A stretch of DNA of 64,000 bases from an uncultured Candidatus Saccharibacteria bacterium (GCA_964554765.1 CAZKPS010000001.1:72786-136785); one strand, 5' to 3'. Shown: positions 18,774-28,732, counted from the first letter of the stretch. The notes: generated from the letters alone by a model not told the origin. A program made the numbers and translations.

Positions 18774-19601
18774 TTATTTTGTTGTAGTGGTTGTTACTTC
18801 CGCGTCATCCTCTGATACCTTAGGAAGAGCTTTTAATACATCATTGTATTTTTCTCTCGCTGCTTTAATCGATGCAAGAGCCGTGTTTACTGCTGATTTG
18901 ACCGCTTCCTTTGATGCACTAGTTGAAGCATCAACATTAGCATTCACAGCTGAATTAACTGAAGCGACAGTCACCTTTGCTTCTTCGAGTGATCGTCTAG
19001 CCATCTCAAGAGCAGACTCTGCTGCACTCACATCAAGCCCTTTTGCCTTTCTACTCAAAATTTCATCACTCACCTTTCTATCAAAACCGGCCAATCTTCC
19101 AATTGCGCCACTTAGTTTTGCGAACGATGCTGAAAGTTTTTGCTTTACCTGAGACCTTGATTCCTCAGTTAATTTTACTTTTTTACCCTCTTTAAAAGCA
19201 TTAATCTCTTTAGTGATTTCGTCCTTCATTGTCTTTCTCTTTTCTTCGAGCTCCGCACGAAACGCTTCTCTATCTGCCTGATTTGCTACTTTCACCTCTT
19301 CAATCTTTGCTTTTATTTGCTCTGGTGTCGCACCGGCCTCTTTCATGGCCTTTACATCCACTCTCATTGCATCAACCTTATCTTTAATACCTGCTTTTAA
19401 CTGTGATCTATCACTTTTTGCCTCCGATCTAAATGATTCTCTCTTCTCCTTAATATCAGCTTTCAAAATTGCTCTGTCTTCCTTTATACCCGCTCTTGGT
19501 CGAGTTGTAGTTGCGTCATTCGCCAATACAGGGATTGTCGCAAAAAACATATAAACAAGAACAGTACCGGATAAAATTATTTGTCTTTTTGTCTTTTTCA
19601 T
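18774..19601 (-). CDS. Secreted Lys/Glu/Ala-rich coiled-coil protein (hypothetical)
   Basis: 275 aa with a signal peptide, then low-complexity KAEIK-type repeats. Confidence 0.55.
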   Translation of the reverse strand: MKKTKRQIILSGTVLVYMFFATIPVLANDATTTRPRAGIKEDRAILKADIKEKRESFRSEAKSDRSQLKAGIKDKVDAMRVDVKAMKEAGATPEQIKAKIEEVKVANQADREAFRAELEEKRKTMKDEITKEINAFKEGKKVKLTEESRSQVKQKLSASFAKLSGAIGRLAGFDRKVSDEILSRKAKGLDVSAAESALEMARRSLEEAKVTVASVNSAVNANVDASTSASKEAVKSAVNTALASIKAAREKYNDVLKALPKVSEDDAEVTTTTTK

Positions 19602-19691
19602 ACTTTTATAATATTAGAAGGTGTATTATCACACCTATAACCATTATACCATCCTTAAAAAGACTAGATGGGAATAGTTGGGGAGAACCAT

Positions 19692-19728
19692 TCAACACAA
19701 AACACTGCACCCAAGGGCGCAGTGCTTT
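19692..19728 (-). terminator. Terminator downstream of ppa (minus strand)
   Basis: On the minus strand the hairpin is gcactgcgccc-ttgg-gtgcagtg, followed by TTTTGTGTT. Confidence 0.5.
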
Positions 19729-19763
19729 TGTGTCGTGTTTTCCTAATGGCTGACAGTTTAGTA

Positions 19764-20282
19764 TTATTTCTTCTCCTTATACATCTCAATCCCTTTCTCA
19801 AATGCCTCTTTAGCCTTTTCAACATCCTCAACTCCTTCAATTTTCACTTCCTTATTCTGAATTTGTTTATATGTTTCAAAAAAGTGCTGAATTTCTTTAA
19901 TAGTATGTTTGTTCACAGTTGCGAGATTTGTCACCTCCTTCCATCGTGGATCATCACAAGGGACTGCAATAATCTTCGCATCACTTTCCCCACTATCTAT
20001 CATATTCATTACAGCTACAGGTCGTGCTCGAACGAGAATACCGGGAGCGAGTGGATATGTTGTGAGCATCACAACATCAAGAGCATCACCATCATCCCAG
20101 AGAGTCTGTGGAACAAATCCATAATCAAACGGATAGTCTTGCGCAGAATGCATCGCACGATCAAGCGCGATGAGTCCGGTTTTTTTATCTATTTCGTATT
20201 TATTTTTTGATCCTTTTGGGATTTCAATAATTACATTCATCTCATTTACTGTTCCCGGATCAATATCGTGAAGTAGATTCAT
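19764..20282 (-). CDS. ppa: Inorganic pyrophosphatase
   Basis: 172 aa, family I PPase motifs (DGDALDVVM, YPFDYGFVPQT). Confidence 0.9.
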   Translation of the reverse strand: MNLLHDIDPGTVNEMNVIIEIPKGSKNKYEIDKKTGLIALDRAMHSAQDYPFDYGFVPQTLWDDGDALDVVMLTTYPLAPGILVRARPVAVMNMIDSGESDAKIIAVPCDDPRWKEVTNLATVNKHTIKEIQHFFETYKQIQNKEVKIEGVEDVEKAKEAFEKGIEMYKEKK

Positions 20283-20364
20283 ATTAGTTAGAATTTAGAT
20301 TTAAGATTATAGATTATTGAATAGATTCAAAATCACAAATCAGTTTTATAATTACTTTTCACTA

Positions 20365-21501
20365 TTATATAGCCGCATCCTCTTCTTCGCTAGATTCATC
20401 TTTCTTTGCCGGGGCACCAATAGATTTGATATCGATTCGATAGTTTGTAAGCTTGGCAGCAAGTCGAACATTCTGTCCACCTTTTCCGATAGCAAGAGAC
20501 TGCTGATCTTCTGTTACCTCTACTGTTGCAGTGTTTGTCTCATTATCAATTACAACGCTTTGAATTTTTGCAGGTGAGAGTGCATCTTCAACAAATTTCT
20601 TTGCATCATCTGACCATTCGATAATATCGATTTTTTCTCCACCGAGTTCACTCATCACAGTTGATACTCGAACACCTCGCTGACCAACCATAGAACCGAT
20701 AGGATCGATATGTGCATCAGAAGAATACACAGCAATCTTTGATCGTGAGCCTGCCTCTCGTGCAATAGCTCGTACTTCGAGAGTACCTGCGAGAATTTCT
20801 GGCACTTCTGTTTCAAAAAGTTTTTCAAGGAATTGAGGATGTGCTCGTGAAAGTCTGATGAATACTCCTCGTGGAGTCTCTTCTACCTTTGTAAGATATG
20901 CTCGAATCTTTTCACCCTGTCGGTATCTCTCCCCTGGGATTTGTTCTTCGTAAGGAAGAATTCCAGAAGCCTTACCCATATCAAAGTAAACATTTCCACG
21001 CTCTATTCGCTGAACCATACCTGTAACGATAGTTCCTTCCTTTTGACCAAATTCTCCAAGTACAGTCACTTTTTCAGCTTCTCGGATTTTCTGGATGATT
21101 ACCTGTTTTGCAGTCTGAGCAGCGATTCGTCCGAAGTCACTTTTTGACTCGAGTGGAAATACCATCTCATCATCGATTTTTGCATCTCTCTTAATCTTCT
21201 TCGCATCCTCAACCATGATGTGGTGCTCAGGATTGAATCGTGTTCTTTCGTCATCATCCGCCGGAGTTTCATCCTCGAGAAGTACCTGAGTATTATCAAC
21301 AACCATCTTGATTTGGAAGAAATCTGTTTTACCAGAATCCATATCGAATGTTGCACGAATAATCTGCCCTCGCTTTCCGTATTCTTTTTTGTATGCAGTT
21401 GCAAGTGCTGATTCAATGGCTTCGATTATTTTTTCTTTTGGAATACCACGCTCTTCTTCGAGTTGTGTGAGTACAGAATGTATTACTTTTAGGTCAAACA
21501 T
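20365..21501 (-). CDS. nusA: Transcription termination/antitermination factor NusA
   Basis: 378 aa with an N-terminal domain, S1 domain and two KH domains (GSMVGQRGVRV; IGKGGQNVRLA). Confidence 0.9.
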   Translation of the reverse strand: MFDLKVIHSVLTQLEEERGIPKEKIIEAIESALATAYKKEYGKRGQIIRATFDMDSGKTDFFQIKMVVDNTQVLLEDETPADDDERTRFNPEHHIMVEDAKKIKRDAKIDDEMVFPLESKSDFGRIAAQTAKQVIIQKIREAEKVTVLGEFGQKEGTIVTGMVQRIERGNVYFDMGKASGILPYEEQIPGERYRQGEKIRAYLTKVEETPRGVFIRLSRAHPQFLEKLFETEVPEILAGTLEVRAIAREAGSRSKIAVYSSDAHIDPIGSMVGQRGVRVSTVMSELGGEKIDIIEWSDDAKKFVEDALSPAKIQSVVIDNETNTATVEVTEDQQSLAIGKGGQNVRLAAKLTNYRIDIKSIGAPAKKDESSEEEDAAI

Positions 21502-21635
21502 ATGTGTTTTTCGTTACTTTATTAAAGACAAAAGTCCGCCGGATGGCGAACCTCTGAAGTGCTACTATTATATCACAGGTGGTCACAAAGTCAAAAGTGA
21601 AAGGTCAAAGGTCAAAAGTACAAGTTAGAATTCAA

Positions 21636-21690
21636 AATCTTGAAGCCCGAGCCCACTTTGTGGGCTCGGGCTTCACTTTTAACTTTTTAA
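21636..21690. terminator. Bidirectional GC-rich terminator between tig and nusA
   Basis: 13-bp stem gaagcccgagccc / gggctcgggcttc with T-runs on both strands. Confidence 0.65.
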
Positions 21691-21713
21691 TTTAAATTCT
21701 GACTTTTGACTTC

Positions 21714-22745
21714 CTACTTCTGACTTTGAGACTCTAAAAACTTAAACACCTCTTCCTTGATAAGCACCTCTTCTACGAAAGCCACGATTCTCTCCTTTGG
21801 AGTTCCTGGATACTGAGCTTCCATTGCATCTGATTCTCTTTCAATATCCTCTTTCTTTGCATCAATCTTTTCTGTTTTTGCAATATCGAGAAGTATAAGC
21901 TCATTCTGTACTCGTTCTTTTGCTTTATCTTTCCATTCTGCTCGGATTTCCTCATCAGTCTTTTTTGCATCTTTCTTGTACTGTTCGAGAGTCACACCCA
22001 TCCGTGAGAGATGATGTGTGAATTCATTTGTCATACGATCAAGCTCGCTTTCAATAAGAATATTTGGCACTTCAACTTTAGAGTCCTTTCTGATAGCATC
22101 AAGAGTTTCGATTCGAGCTTTTTCTTTTGCCTTGTATTCCTTTTCTTTCTTGAGATTATCCATTACTTTCACCTTGAAATCAGCCATATCTTTGAAGTCC
22201 CCGAGAGTTTTTACAAAAGCATCATCAATCACTACATCACCATGATCGTGGTTATCATGATCGTGTCCGTGCTCAGAGTGGAATTTGTGAGCCTTGAGTT
22301 CCTCAAGCACTTTGTTGTATTCATCTTCTGTTACCTCATCAATCTTCTCTGTTTTTGTTTTTGATGCAATCTTCTTGTAGTCAGCAAGTTTAATCTCTGG
22401 AAGTACCGCAGTTGTGACAGTCACTTCAAATGGAGATCCTTTTGCAATCTTTGTGATGACAACTTTTGGATTCCCGATAGCCTTGATTTCTTTTTCTTTC
22501 AAAACCATTGGATATACTTCGTTAATCGCGAGTTCACCTGCTTCTTCAAGCACTGTGATCTCCCCTACCTTCTCAACAAGTGTCTTTTCTGGGATATGTC
22601 CCTTTCGGAAACCATCCATAGTAATACTATCGTTAATAGTCTGAATAGCTTTTGACCATTTCTTCTCGATAGTCTCGACAGCGATTTCAAGATGGATTTC
22701 CACCTCTGATCCTTCCTTCTTTTCAACTTTTTTAACTGTATACAT
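21714..22745 (-). CDS. tig: Trigger factor, short form (appears to lack the FKBP/PPIase domain)
   Basis: 343 aa. It has the ribosome-binding signature GFRKGHIP in the N-domain and a C-terminal chaperone-arm-like region. There is no FKBP-type segment. A His-rich insertion reads HKFHSEHGHDHDNHDHGD. Confidence 0.8.
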   Translation of the reverse strand: MYTVKKVEKKEGSEVEIHLEIAVETIEKKWSKAIQTINDSITMDGFRKGHIPEKTLVEKVGEITVLEEAGELAINEVYPMVLKEKEIKAIGNPKVVITKIAKGSPFEVTVTTAVLPEIKLADYKKIASKTKTEKIDEVTEDEYNKVLEELKAHKFHSEHGHDHDNHDHGDVVIDDAFVKTLGDFKDMADFKVKVMDNLKKEKEYKAKEKARIETLDAIRKDSKVEVPNILIESELDRMTNEFTHHLSRMGVTLEQYKKDAKKTDEEIRAEWKDKAKERVQNELILLDIAKTEKIDAKKEDIERESDAMEAQYPGTPKERIVAFVEEVLIKEEVFKFLESQSQK

Positions 22746-22904
22746 ATATATATTATTTATTACTTACCTATCTATTATCTATAACCCCAATTTAGATGCC
22801 TATAATACACAGAAATTGGAGAAATACAAAGCGAAATTGTATTTAGTATATTGTATATGGTATGTAGTATAAAATACGTAAATTTTAAATCCCCTCACCA
22901 CTCA

Positions 22905-23627
22905 CTACTTATGACTCATCACTAATGCAGTCGCCACCATTGCCGCAGTCTCCGCCCGAAGAACTGTGTCTCCCAATTTAAATGTTTCAACACTTAAATT
23001 CTTAAATGATTGCATTTCCCTCTCGCCCCATCCCCCCTCAGGTCCAATAAGTATTTTTATTTCTTTTTCTCCATTTAATATTTCAGATTTGTTTCGAGCT
23101 TCGACATTCGAATTTCGGATTTCTTTTCCTTCCATATCAAAAACAATCACATCTGGATTTTCTCTTAATACATCTTCAAGATTCATTGTCTCACCAATAG
23201 TCGGCACATCTCCTCGTCCACATTGCTCACTCGCTTCTTTCATTATTTTTAGAGCTCGCTCAATATTCAAATTCTTACTCTGGGTTCTCTCAGATATTAC
23301 AGGCACAAAATGCGTCACCCCAATCTCCGTACACTTCTCGAGCACCATCTCAAAATTATCTTTCTTAATAAGTGACATATAGAGTGTCACCTTTTTTGAT
23401 ACTGTTATGTTTTGAATGGTTTCAACAAATCCAAATTCTGCTTCTTTCTTAGAAATAATTCTCGCCTCATATATATAATCTAGTCCATCCCCATTAAAAA
23501 ATATCACTCGGTCCCCCTTGGCAAGTCGAAACACGTCTCGGAGCTGGTGTAGTGCCGCCTCATCCCGAAGTGTCATAGTATCCTGCCCCGCCAAATGTTC
23601 TGTTGTATAGAATCTGTGTAATCGCAT
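22905..23627 (-). CDS. rsmE: 16S rRNA (uracil1498-N3)-methyltransferase RsmE
   Basis: 240 aa, RsmE/SPOUT-knot motifs (GPEGGW, LRAETAA). Confidence 0.85.
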   Translation of the reverse strand: MRLHRFYTTEHLAGQDTMTLRDEAALHQLRDVFRLAKGDRVIFFNGDGLDYIYEARIISKKEAEFGFVETIQNITVSKKVTLYMSLIKKDNFEMVLEKCTEIGVTHFVPVISERTQSKNLNIERALKIMKEASEQCGRGDVPTIGETMNLEDVLRENPDVIVFDMEGKEIRNSNVEARNKSEILNGEKEIKILIGPEGGWGEREMQSFKNLSVETFKLGDTVLRAETAAMVATALVMSHK

Positions 23628-23861
23628 TTACCCTAGAAAATTTTATCTATTAAAAAGTTGAATACATTTCCAGTATAGCTGATAACACCACCAACATAAA
23701 GAGACAGAATATTTTCTATATACCTTGTTTGTATTCAACTTTTTTGTTATGCAGTATAAATAACTTTAATCTCGTTCCATATCCTACTTAAATCATTATC
23801 TGCTACACTCATAAAGAATAATCTTTACTGCATAACGATAGATAAAACTTTAGAGGGTGAA

Positions 23862-24593
23862 TTATTTTCTAGAATTTTGCCACAGGTATGCAAATATCTT
23901 TCGGAATGCATCAGAAATAATTTTGTTCTTAAGAATCATTCCCATCGGCTCCTTTTTATCAAAAGCCACAATTGCAAGCTTATCGTCAAAAATATTAATC
24001 TCAATCCCCAGATCCTTGAACACATCGGAGAATCTCATATCACGAAGAAGCTCTTTAGCTCGAGTTTTATCTCTCTTGCCATATTTATCCATCGGAAGCA
24101 AACTCTTGACCGATACCCCAGCTTTCACTCGATACGGAAAATAATCTTCATCAAAAAAATCATTCATAGTCTCATATGCTTTTTGATAGTCAGTGATAGC
24201 GAGGATATGCTTCTCATTATTCTCTCTCCAAGTCTCACCGTAGAGTTTCTTTACCGCCTCTTTCCCTTCAAAATACCGAATACCCGAATGTAGTACTGGA
24301 TACTTTTTCTTTTTGAACACCCCTCTAAGTTTTTCCGATTCTTCCTCGAGAGATTTTATCTTTCTTTTAGACCACACCTCAAACTCCTCCTCCGAAATAG
24401 ATTGAAAAAGTGTCGTATCATTTTTCTTGATCTGACTTACAAGCCCCTTCTCTTCGAGAAGAGTGAGCGTGTGATAAAGTGCTGTTCGATTGAGACTCGT
24501 GTCCTTGGCGATCTGGGATACGGGAGATGGTCCGAAACTTGCGAGAGCTTCAAACACCGCTCTCTCCTTTTCACTCATGAGTTCGTTATTCAT
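23862..24593 (-). CDS. TrmB-family transcriptional regulator
   Basis: N-terminal wHTH (VFEALASFGPSPVSQIAKDTSLNRTALYHTLTLLEEKGLV), C-terminal domain. Confidence 0.7.
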   Translation of the reverse strand: MNNELMSEKERAVFEALASFGPSPVSQIAKDTSLNRTALYHTLTLLEEKGLVSQIKKNDTTLFQSISEEEFEVWSKRKIKSLEEESEKLRGVFKKKKYPVLHSGIRYFEGKEAVKKLYGETWRENNEKHILAITDYQKAYETMNDFFDEDYFPYRVKAGVSVKSLLPMDKYGKRDKTRAKELLRDMRFSDVFKDLGIEINIFDDKLAIVAFDKKEPMGMILKNKIISDAFRKIFAYLWQNSRK

Positions 24594-24692
24594 ATATTAA
24601 GAGTATCGAAATCACTTTATGTTGTCAAATTGTTTAGACATATTTACCATTACCCTATTATGTTGCACACTTACCCACAGACACAACCGTCC

Positions 24693-25049
24693 TTACAACA
24701 AATCATGAAAACACTTATACGAAAAACTGGACCTTTTATGTTCATCGAACTTGATGGTTGGGGATTCTCCTCTATACCTACAGGTCCAAATGGGGTTAAA
24801 AGAATAAGATCGCGCGACTACACCGTGAGCAAAAAGCATAACTTTGTTTCTTTTTACAAAACGAAGGCAATGAGAATTCGGGATGCTAAAGATAAAATCT
24901 ATAAGCTCCCCAAATACGCCCTTGTTATAGTCCCTGCCGGGATTGAGCATAGTTGGATTGCCAGCTGTCACGGAGATGGGCTTCTCGGTTCTGTCGATAC
25001 TCGCCATGAGAAAGAAGTTCTTGCATGTCATACATCAGTATGTGTTTGA
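24693..25049 (+). CDS. Hypothetical protein (118 aa)
   Basis: This is the in-frame ATG within track ORF 24402..25049. The upstream part of that ORF overlaps the TrmB gene on the other strand and is discounted. No domain recognised. Confidence 0.4.
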   Translation, partial: LQQIMKTLIRKTGPFMFIELDGWGFSSIPTGPNGVKRIRSRDYTVSKKHNFVSFYKTKAMRIRDAKDKIYKLPKYALVIVPAGIEHSWIASCHGDGLLGSVDTRHEKEVLACHTSVCV

Positions 25050-25125
25050 TCATCAAGCCTCGGCAGACAAGATGAAATACTCTTGTCTGCTTTTTTTATT
25101 TTTATTTTTCACCTACAATACCCTC

Positions 25126-25959
25126 ATGAAAGAAACGATCAAAACCTTCCAAAAAACTGTCTGGCAATATCACAAGAAAAACAGACGCGATTTCCCATGG
25201 CGAGAGACACGCGATCCATACCATATATTAGTATCAGAAATAATGCTCCAGCAGACACAAACTATTCGCGTAGTATCCAAGTACAAAGAATTCCTCGCTC
25301 GCTTCCCTACTATAGATAAATTAGCAAAAGCAGAGCTCCGTGAAGTACTTCATATCTGGCAAGGACTCGGATACAATAGACGAGCAAAGTTTCTCTATGA
25401 ATGTGCAAAAGAAATTTGTGCACACTACAGAGGACAATTTCCAAAAGATTTAGACACTCTTAAAAGACTTCCCGGTATCGGACAGTCGACCGCTGGCGCT
25501 GTCCTTAATTTCGCATTCGATATTCCTACACCATTTATTGAGACAAACATTCGAACAGTTTTCATTCATCACTTTTATCACAACAAAGTACAAAACGTTT
25601 CTGACAAAGAAATATTAGAACTGATTAACACGACATTAGATCGTGATAAACCTCGAGAGTGGTTCTACTCGCTCTATGATTACGGATCGTTTCTCAAATC
25701 TACCCTCGATACAGACCCTGCGAAACGAAGTAAAATTTATAAAAAACAATCCTCATTCAAAGGATCATTCCGTGAGAAACGTTCATTCGTACTGAGGCTT
25801 CTTTTGAATAACAAGTTACGAGAAACGGAGGTAATGAAACATCTTCTCGATAAAAAACTTGTGGAGAAAAAGGATTCAAAAGAAGAAACCACAAAAATTC
25901 TCACCTCTCTCCTCAAGGACAGACTCATTCTAAAAGACAAAGGGTATTATTTTGTTTAA
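25126..25959 (+). CDS. HhH-GPD DNA glycosylase, MutY/Nth-like, apparently without an Fe-S cluster
   Basis: From MKETIKTF... it carries the DPYHILVSEIMLQQTQ signature and HhH-GPD (LPGIGQSTAGAVLNFAFD). No C-terminal Cys cluster. The track ORF starts earlier at 24943. Confidence 0.7.
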   Translation: MKETIKTFQKTVWQYHKKNRRDFPWRETRDPYHILVSEIMLQQTQTIRVVSKYKEFLARFPTIDKLAKAELREVLHIWQGLGYNRRAKFLYECAKEICAHYRGQFPKDLDTLKRLPGIGQSTAGAVLNFAFDIPTPFIETNIRTVFIHHFYHNKVQNVSDKEILELINTTLDRDKPREWFYSLYDYGSFLKSTLDTDPAKRSKIYKKQSSFKGSFREKRSFVLRLLLNNKLRETEVMKHLLDKKLVEKKDSKEETTKILTSLLKDRLILKDKGYYFV

Positions 25960-26660
25960 TCCGTGGTAGCATCTTTTAGAATTATTCTCACTGATGAATC
26001 AATTAGTACCTCCGTCGTATCAATAATCAATAACCCCTGATAGTTACCAGAAAGAATCAATTGTAAATCTGTACAAGCAAGCAATATTGCCTCCGCACCC
26101 CTTTGTTTTAATGCATTACAGATGTTGAACAATCGCTCTCTTTGAGTCCTATTTTTAATACCATTCAATATCTCAACTATTATCGCATTGATTACTCTCT
26201 GTTCACCTACAGTCGGCCGGACTAACTTCACATCACTCCTTTCAAAAGCATTTTGATAGATATTTGTATTAATAGTTGTCTCTGTTGCCAATATACCGAC
26301 AGTATTCATTTTCTTCTCTATCACACACCTCACAGTCTCTTCCAAAATACTCAAAAAAGGAATTCGTGTTTTCGCACGGATTTGTTCGATATATGTATGC
26401 AATGTATTACACGGAAGTATACCGAAATCAGCACCAGACTTTTCCAGAACTTTAGTTCCATCAATCAGGTATGGCAACATCTTTGAAACATTTTTGCCTT
26501 TTATAATTACATCTTCTTCAATTGAGGATGGGAATGGCAAATTATAAATGACAATAGGTGGATACTTTCCCTTTTCTTTTTTAATTTGTTTTACAACTGA
26601 CAGATATATTTTTGCTGTCGTGTCTGGCCCTACACCTCCTAATATTCCTATAGTTTTCAT
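25956..26660 (-). CDS. Aspartate/glutamate racemase family protein (Asp racemase-like)
   Basis: MKTIGILGGVGP N-terminal motif and a second conserved Cys region (LACTDL). Confidence 0.8.
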   Translation of the reverse strand: MKTIGILGGVGPDTTAKIYLSVVKQIKKEKGKYPPIVIYNLPFPSSIEEDVIIKGKNVSKMLPYLIDGTKVLEKSGADFGILPCNTLHTYIEQIRAKTRIPFLSILEETVRCVIEKKMNTVGILATETTINTNIYQNAFERSDVKLVRPTVGEQRVINAIIVEILNGIKNRTQRERLFNICNALKQRGAEAILLACTDLQLILSGNYQGLLIIDTTEVLIDSSVRIILKDATTD

Positions 26661-26741
26661 ATTGTTTAGTTTGATTAAATTAAGAGAGACACCCTGGTAC
26701 CATACAGTACCAGAGTAGTCTCTGAATAAACTGACACATCT

Positions 26742-27170
26742 CTATGATCGATACTCTCTATACCTGATTGCCTTCTGATGACCTTTGCACTTTAGGTCAA
26801 AGGTTTTATTGTGACCAAAAGGAGATGTATACACCTCAACATTTGGCAGCAATTCGTGCGCAGATGAAACAATCTGTTTCGAAAGTTCAAGAGCAACATC
26901 GGGTGGGGCATAGCTGTGGGATATGTGCCCAAAAGCAGCAATGACCAATCGCATTGCACCGAGCTCAAAGAAAAATTTTTGTACATCCTTGAGTAATCGT
27001 TTTTTCTGTTTTTCTCCATCACCTTCCTCTACGTGAAAGAGGACAACCAAACATTCCTCGACCAGGAGTGATGAATTTTCAGGTGATATGATTTCGGGTG
27101 CTTGAATATATTCCGAAGAACTAACCCAAGAAAAACCAAAGCTTAAAGCGTCAAAAAACTGTGCCTTCAT
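26742..27170 (-). CDS. Stand-alone archaeal-type ThrRS editing-domain / DTD2-like D-aminoacyl-tRNA deacylase homolog
   Basis: Starting from MKAQFF (142 aa), the C-terminus reads SPFGHNKTFDLKCKGHQKAI and the middle reads LVVLFHVEEGD...AAFGHISHS. This resembles the archaeal ThrRS N-terminal editing domain (...APFGYYKAFKISCKGHP...). The 5' extension in the track ORF is discounted. Confidence 0.55.
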   Translation of the reverse strand: MKAQFFDALSFGFSWVSSSEYIQAPEIISPENSSLLVEECLVVLFHVEEGDGEKQKKRLLKDVQKFFFELGAMRLVIAAFGHISHSYAPPDVALELSKQIVSSAHELLPNVEVYTSPFGHNKTFDLKCKGHQKAIRYREYRS

Positions 27171-27479
27171 AGTGATAAGTGTGTTTAAAAGAACATATTC
27201 TGTAGAGGTACAGAAATAAAAAACCCTCCGGATCGCTCCGAAGGGTTTTGTGCCTTTAACAAAGATATCATTCGCAATAAAGCAAAAAACCGTTCGGAGC
27301 GATAAAACCAACGGCTTGCCACCACTTTGTGTTCTGAATATTGAATTTGCTTATTTTTTGAATCATTTGATTTTGTGTTTTGATTTCCTTATATCCCTCA
27401 TTAGTATTCACCCTTCAAATCAAAACTTATTTATGATATTATCACCATACTAGTATAGTAATACATAAAAGTCAAATCT

Positions 27480-27782
27480 ATGAAAATAAATACAAATAAA
27501 AAGATTGGTGCGTGGCTAGATTCATATGCAGAAAATCATATGAGTCCAAAAGACCTCCTTACCAAAGTAACCGCAGAGTTCAATGAGAAGAATCTACCCT
27601 ATTTCTTCGCAAGCATCTTTACCGAGGATGAAATCAAGACATTCGCCAATCGTCTCCTTATAATCAAAAAACTCAAAGATGGAACATCACAACATGAAAT
27701 TGCATCAAAATTAAAAGTCGGGGTTACCACGGTCACCCGGGGCGCCCATGAGATTTCAAAAGGTAAATTTGATTTTATATAG
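27480..27782 (+). CDS. TrpR-like YerC/YecD family protein
   Basis: 100 aa. HEIASKLKVGVTTVTRGAHE matches the YerC/YecD HTH. Confidence 0.65.
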   Translation: MKINTNKKIGAWLDSYAENHMSPKDLLTKVTAEFNEKNLPYFFASIFTEDEIKTFANRLLIIKKLKDGTSQHEIASKLKVGVTTVTRGAHEISKGKFDFI

Positions 27783-27970
27783 CAAAATAGTTTCTAGAAT
27801 ATGTTCCAAAGACAAGTTCTACCTTGGTAATAAAAGGTTGTCGGTTTCTCTCAAAACCTCTAAAACAAAAAGAAAAACCGAGGGCAGAAAGTTTTTGAAG
27901 GAAATTTAAATAATTTATTTTTAAATAAAAAGACGGCAAGATTGCTCTTGCCGCCGTTGATAAACATTGC

Positions 27971-28732
27971 CTATTTCTTCTCCTCCTTCAGGATCCTGCT
28001 CCGTGAATTAGTGCGGTTACCTGCTGCGTCGTATGCCCACTCCTGCATAAGCAGACCGTTTTGCCCGTGATACAGGGTACAGACAGGCCGATTAAGTTCG
28101 TCGTAAATATTTGTCTGCAACGACGGGTCTTCAGTCCCAAGCTTCTTGTATTGAGCAAGATAGACACAGGCCCGAATATCTGAAATCACATGGAAGTATT
28201 GATCCGCCCAATGACGAAGAACATCGAGCCGAGCCTGTTCTGTATCCTCCACACCTTTAGGTAGATGAATAACTTCGGAAAGTGAGGGATGCACCGTTGT
28301 GGAAGACTGAGTCTGCAAGATTTCTCCCACAGTATTGTCATCTTTTTTGAATGCATCATTTATGACACCGTCCACATTGCTGTCATCCAAGATCCGAATC
28401 TCAGACCTCTTGCCAACCGGATAGTAATAAACACGGAAACGGTTTTGTTTCGTCTCGGCATCTTGCCACAGCCAGCAGGTGTAGTGCATACCATTCTGCT
28501 CGAAGACAGTTTCGAATCCGCCAACTGCTGGTGGGCGGTCACAGACCTTCTGAAGAATAACCTTGGAGCTAGGCAGCGCAGCGAGCTCGACTACAGCTTC
28601 AAAGGTGGGATGATTTTTGGCCACCACACGGAAAGTCTCAAGAGACACAGTGGGTTTGAGTTCCTCTGCGAAAGCAGAGAATTGAATGAAGAAAAGCCCG
28701 AGAAGGGCGAGGATGTTAAGGAGCGTTTTCAC
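27971..28732 (-). CDS. Secreted hypothetical protein on a G+C-rich island
   Basis: 253 aa with a signal peptide (MKTLLNILALLGLFFIQFSAFA). G+C content and codon usage are visibly higher than the flanks. The C-terminal WAYDAAGNRT resembles a single YD-repeat. Confidence 0.6.
   Translation of the reverse strand: MKTLLNILALLGLFFIQFSAFAEELKPTVSLETFRVVAKNHPTFEAVVELAALPSSKVILQKVCDRPPAVGGFETVFEQNGMHYTCWLWQDAETKQNRFRVYYYPVGKRSEIRILDDSNVDGVINDAFKKDDNTVGEILQTQSSTTVHPSLSEVIHLPKGVEDTEQARLDVLRHWADQYFHVISDIRACVYLAQYKKLGTEDPSLQTNIYDELNRPVCTLYHGQNGLLMQEWAYDAAGNRTNSRSRILKEEKK

Noticed and set aside
24402-24692. The 5' part of track ORF 24402..25049
   Set aside because: It overlaps the TrmB gene on the opposite strand. 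Only the portion from the ATG at 24693 is kept.
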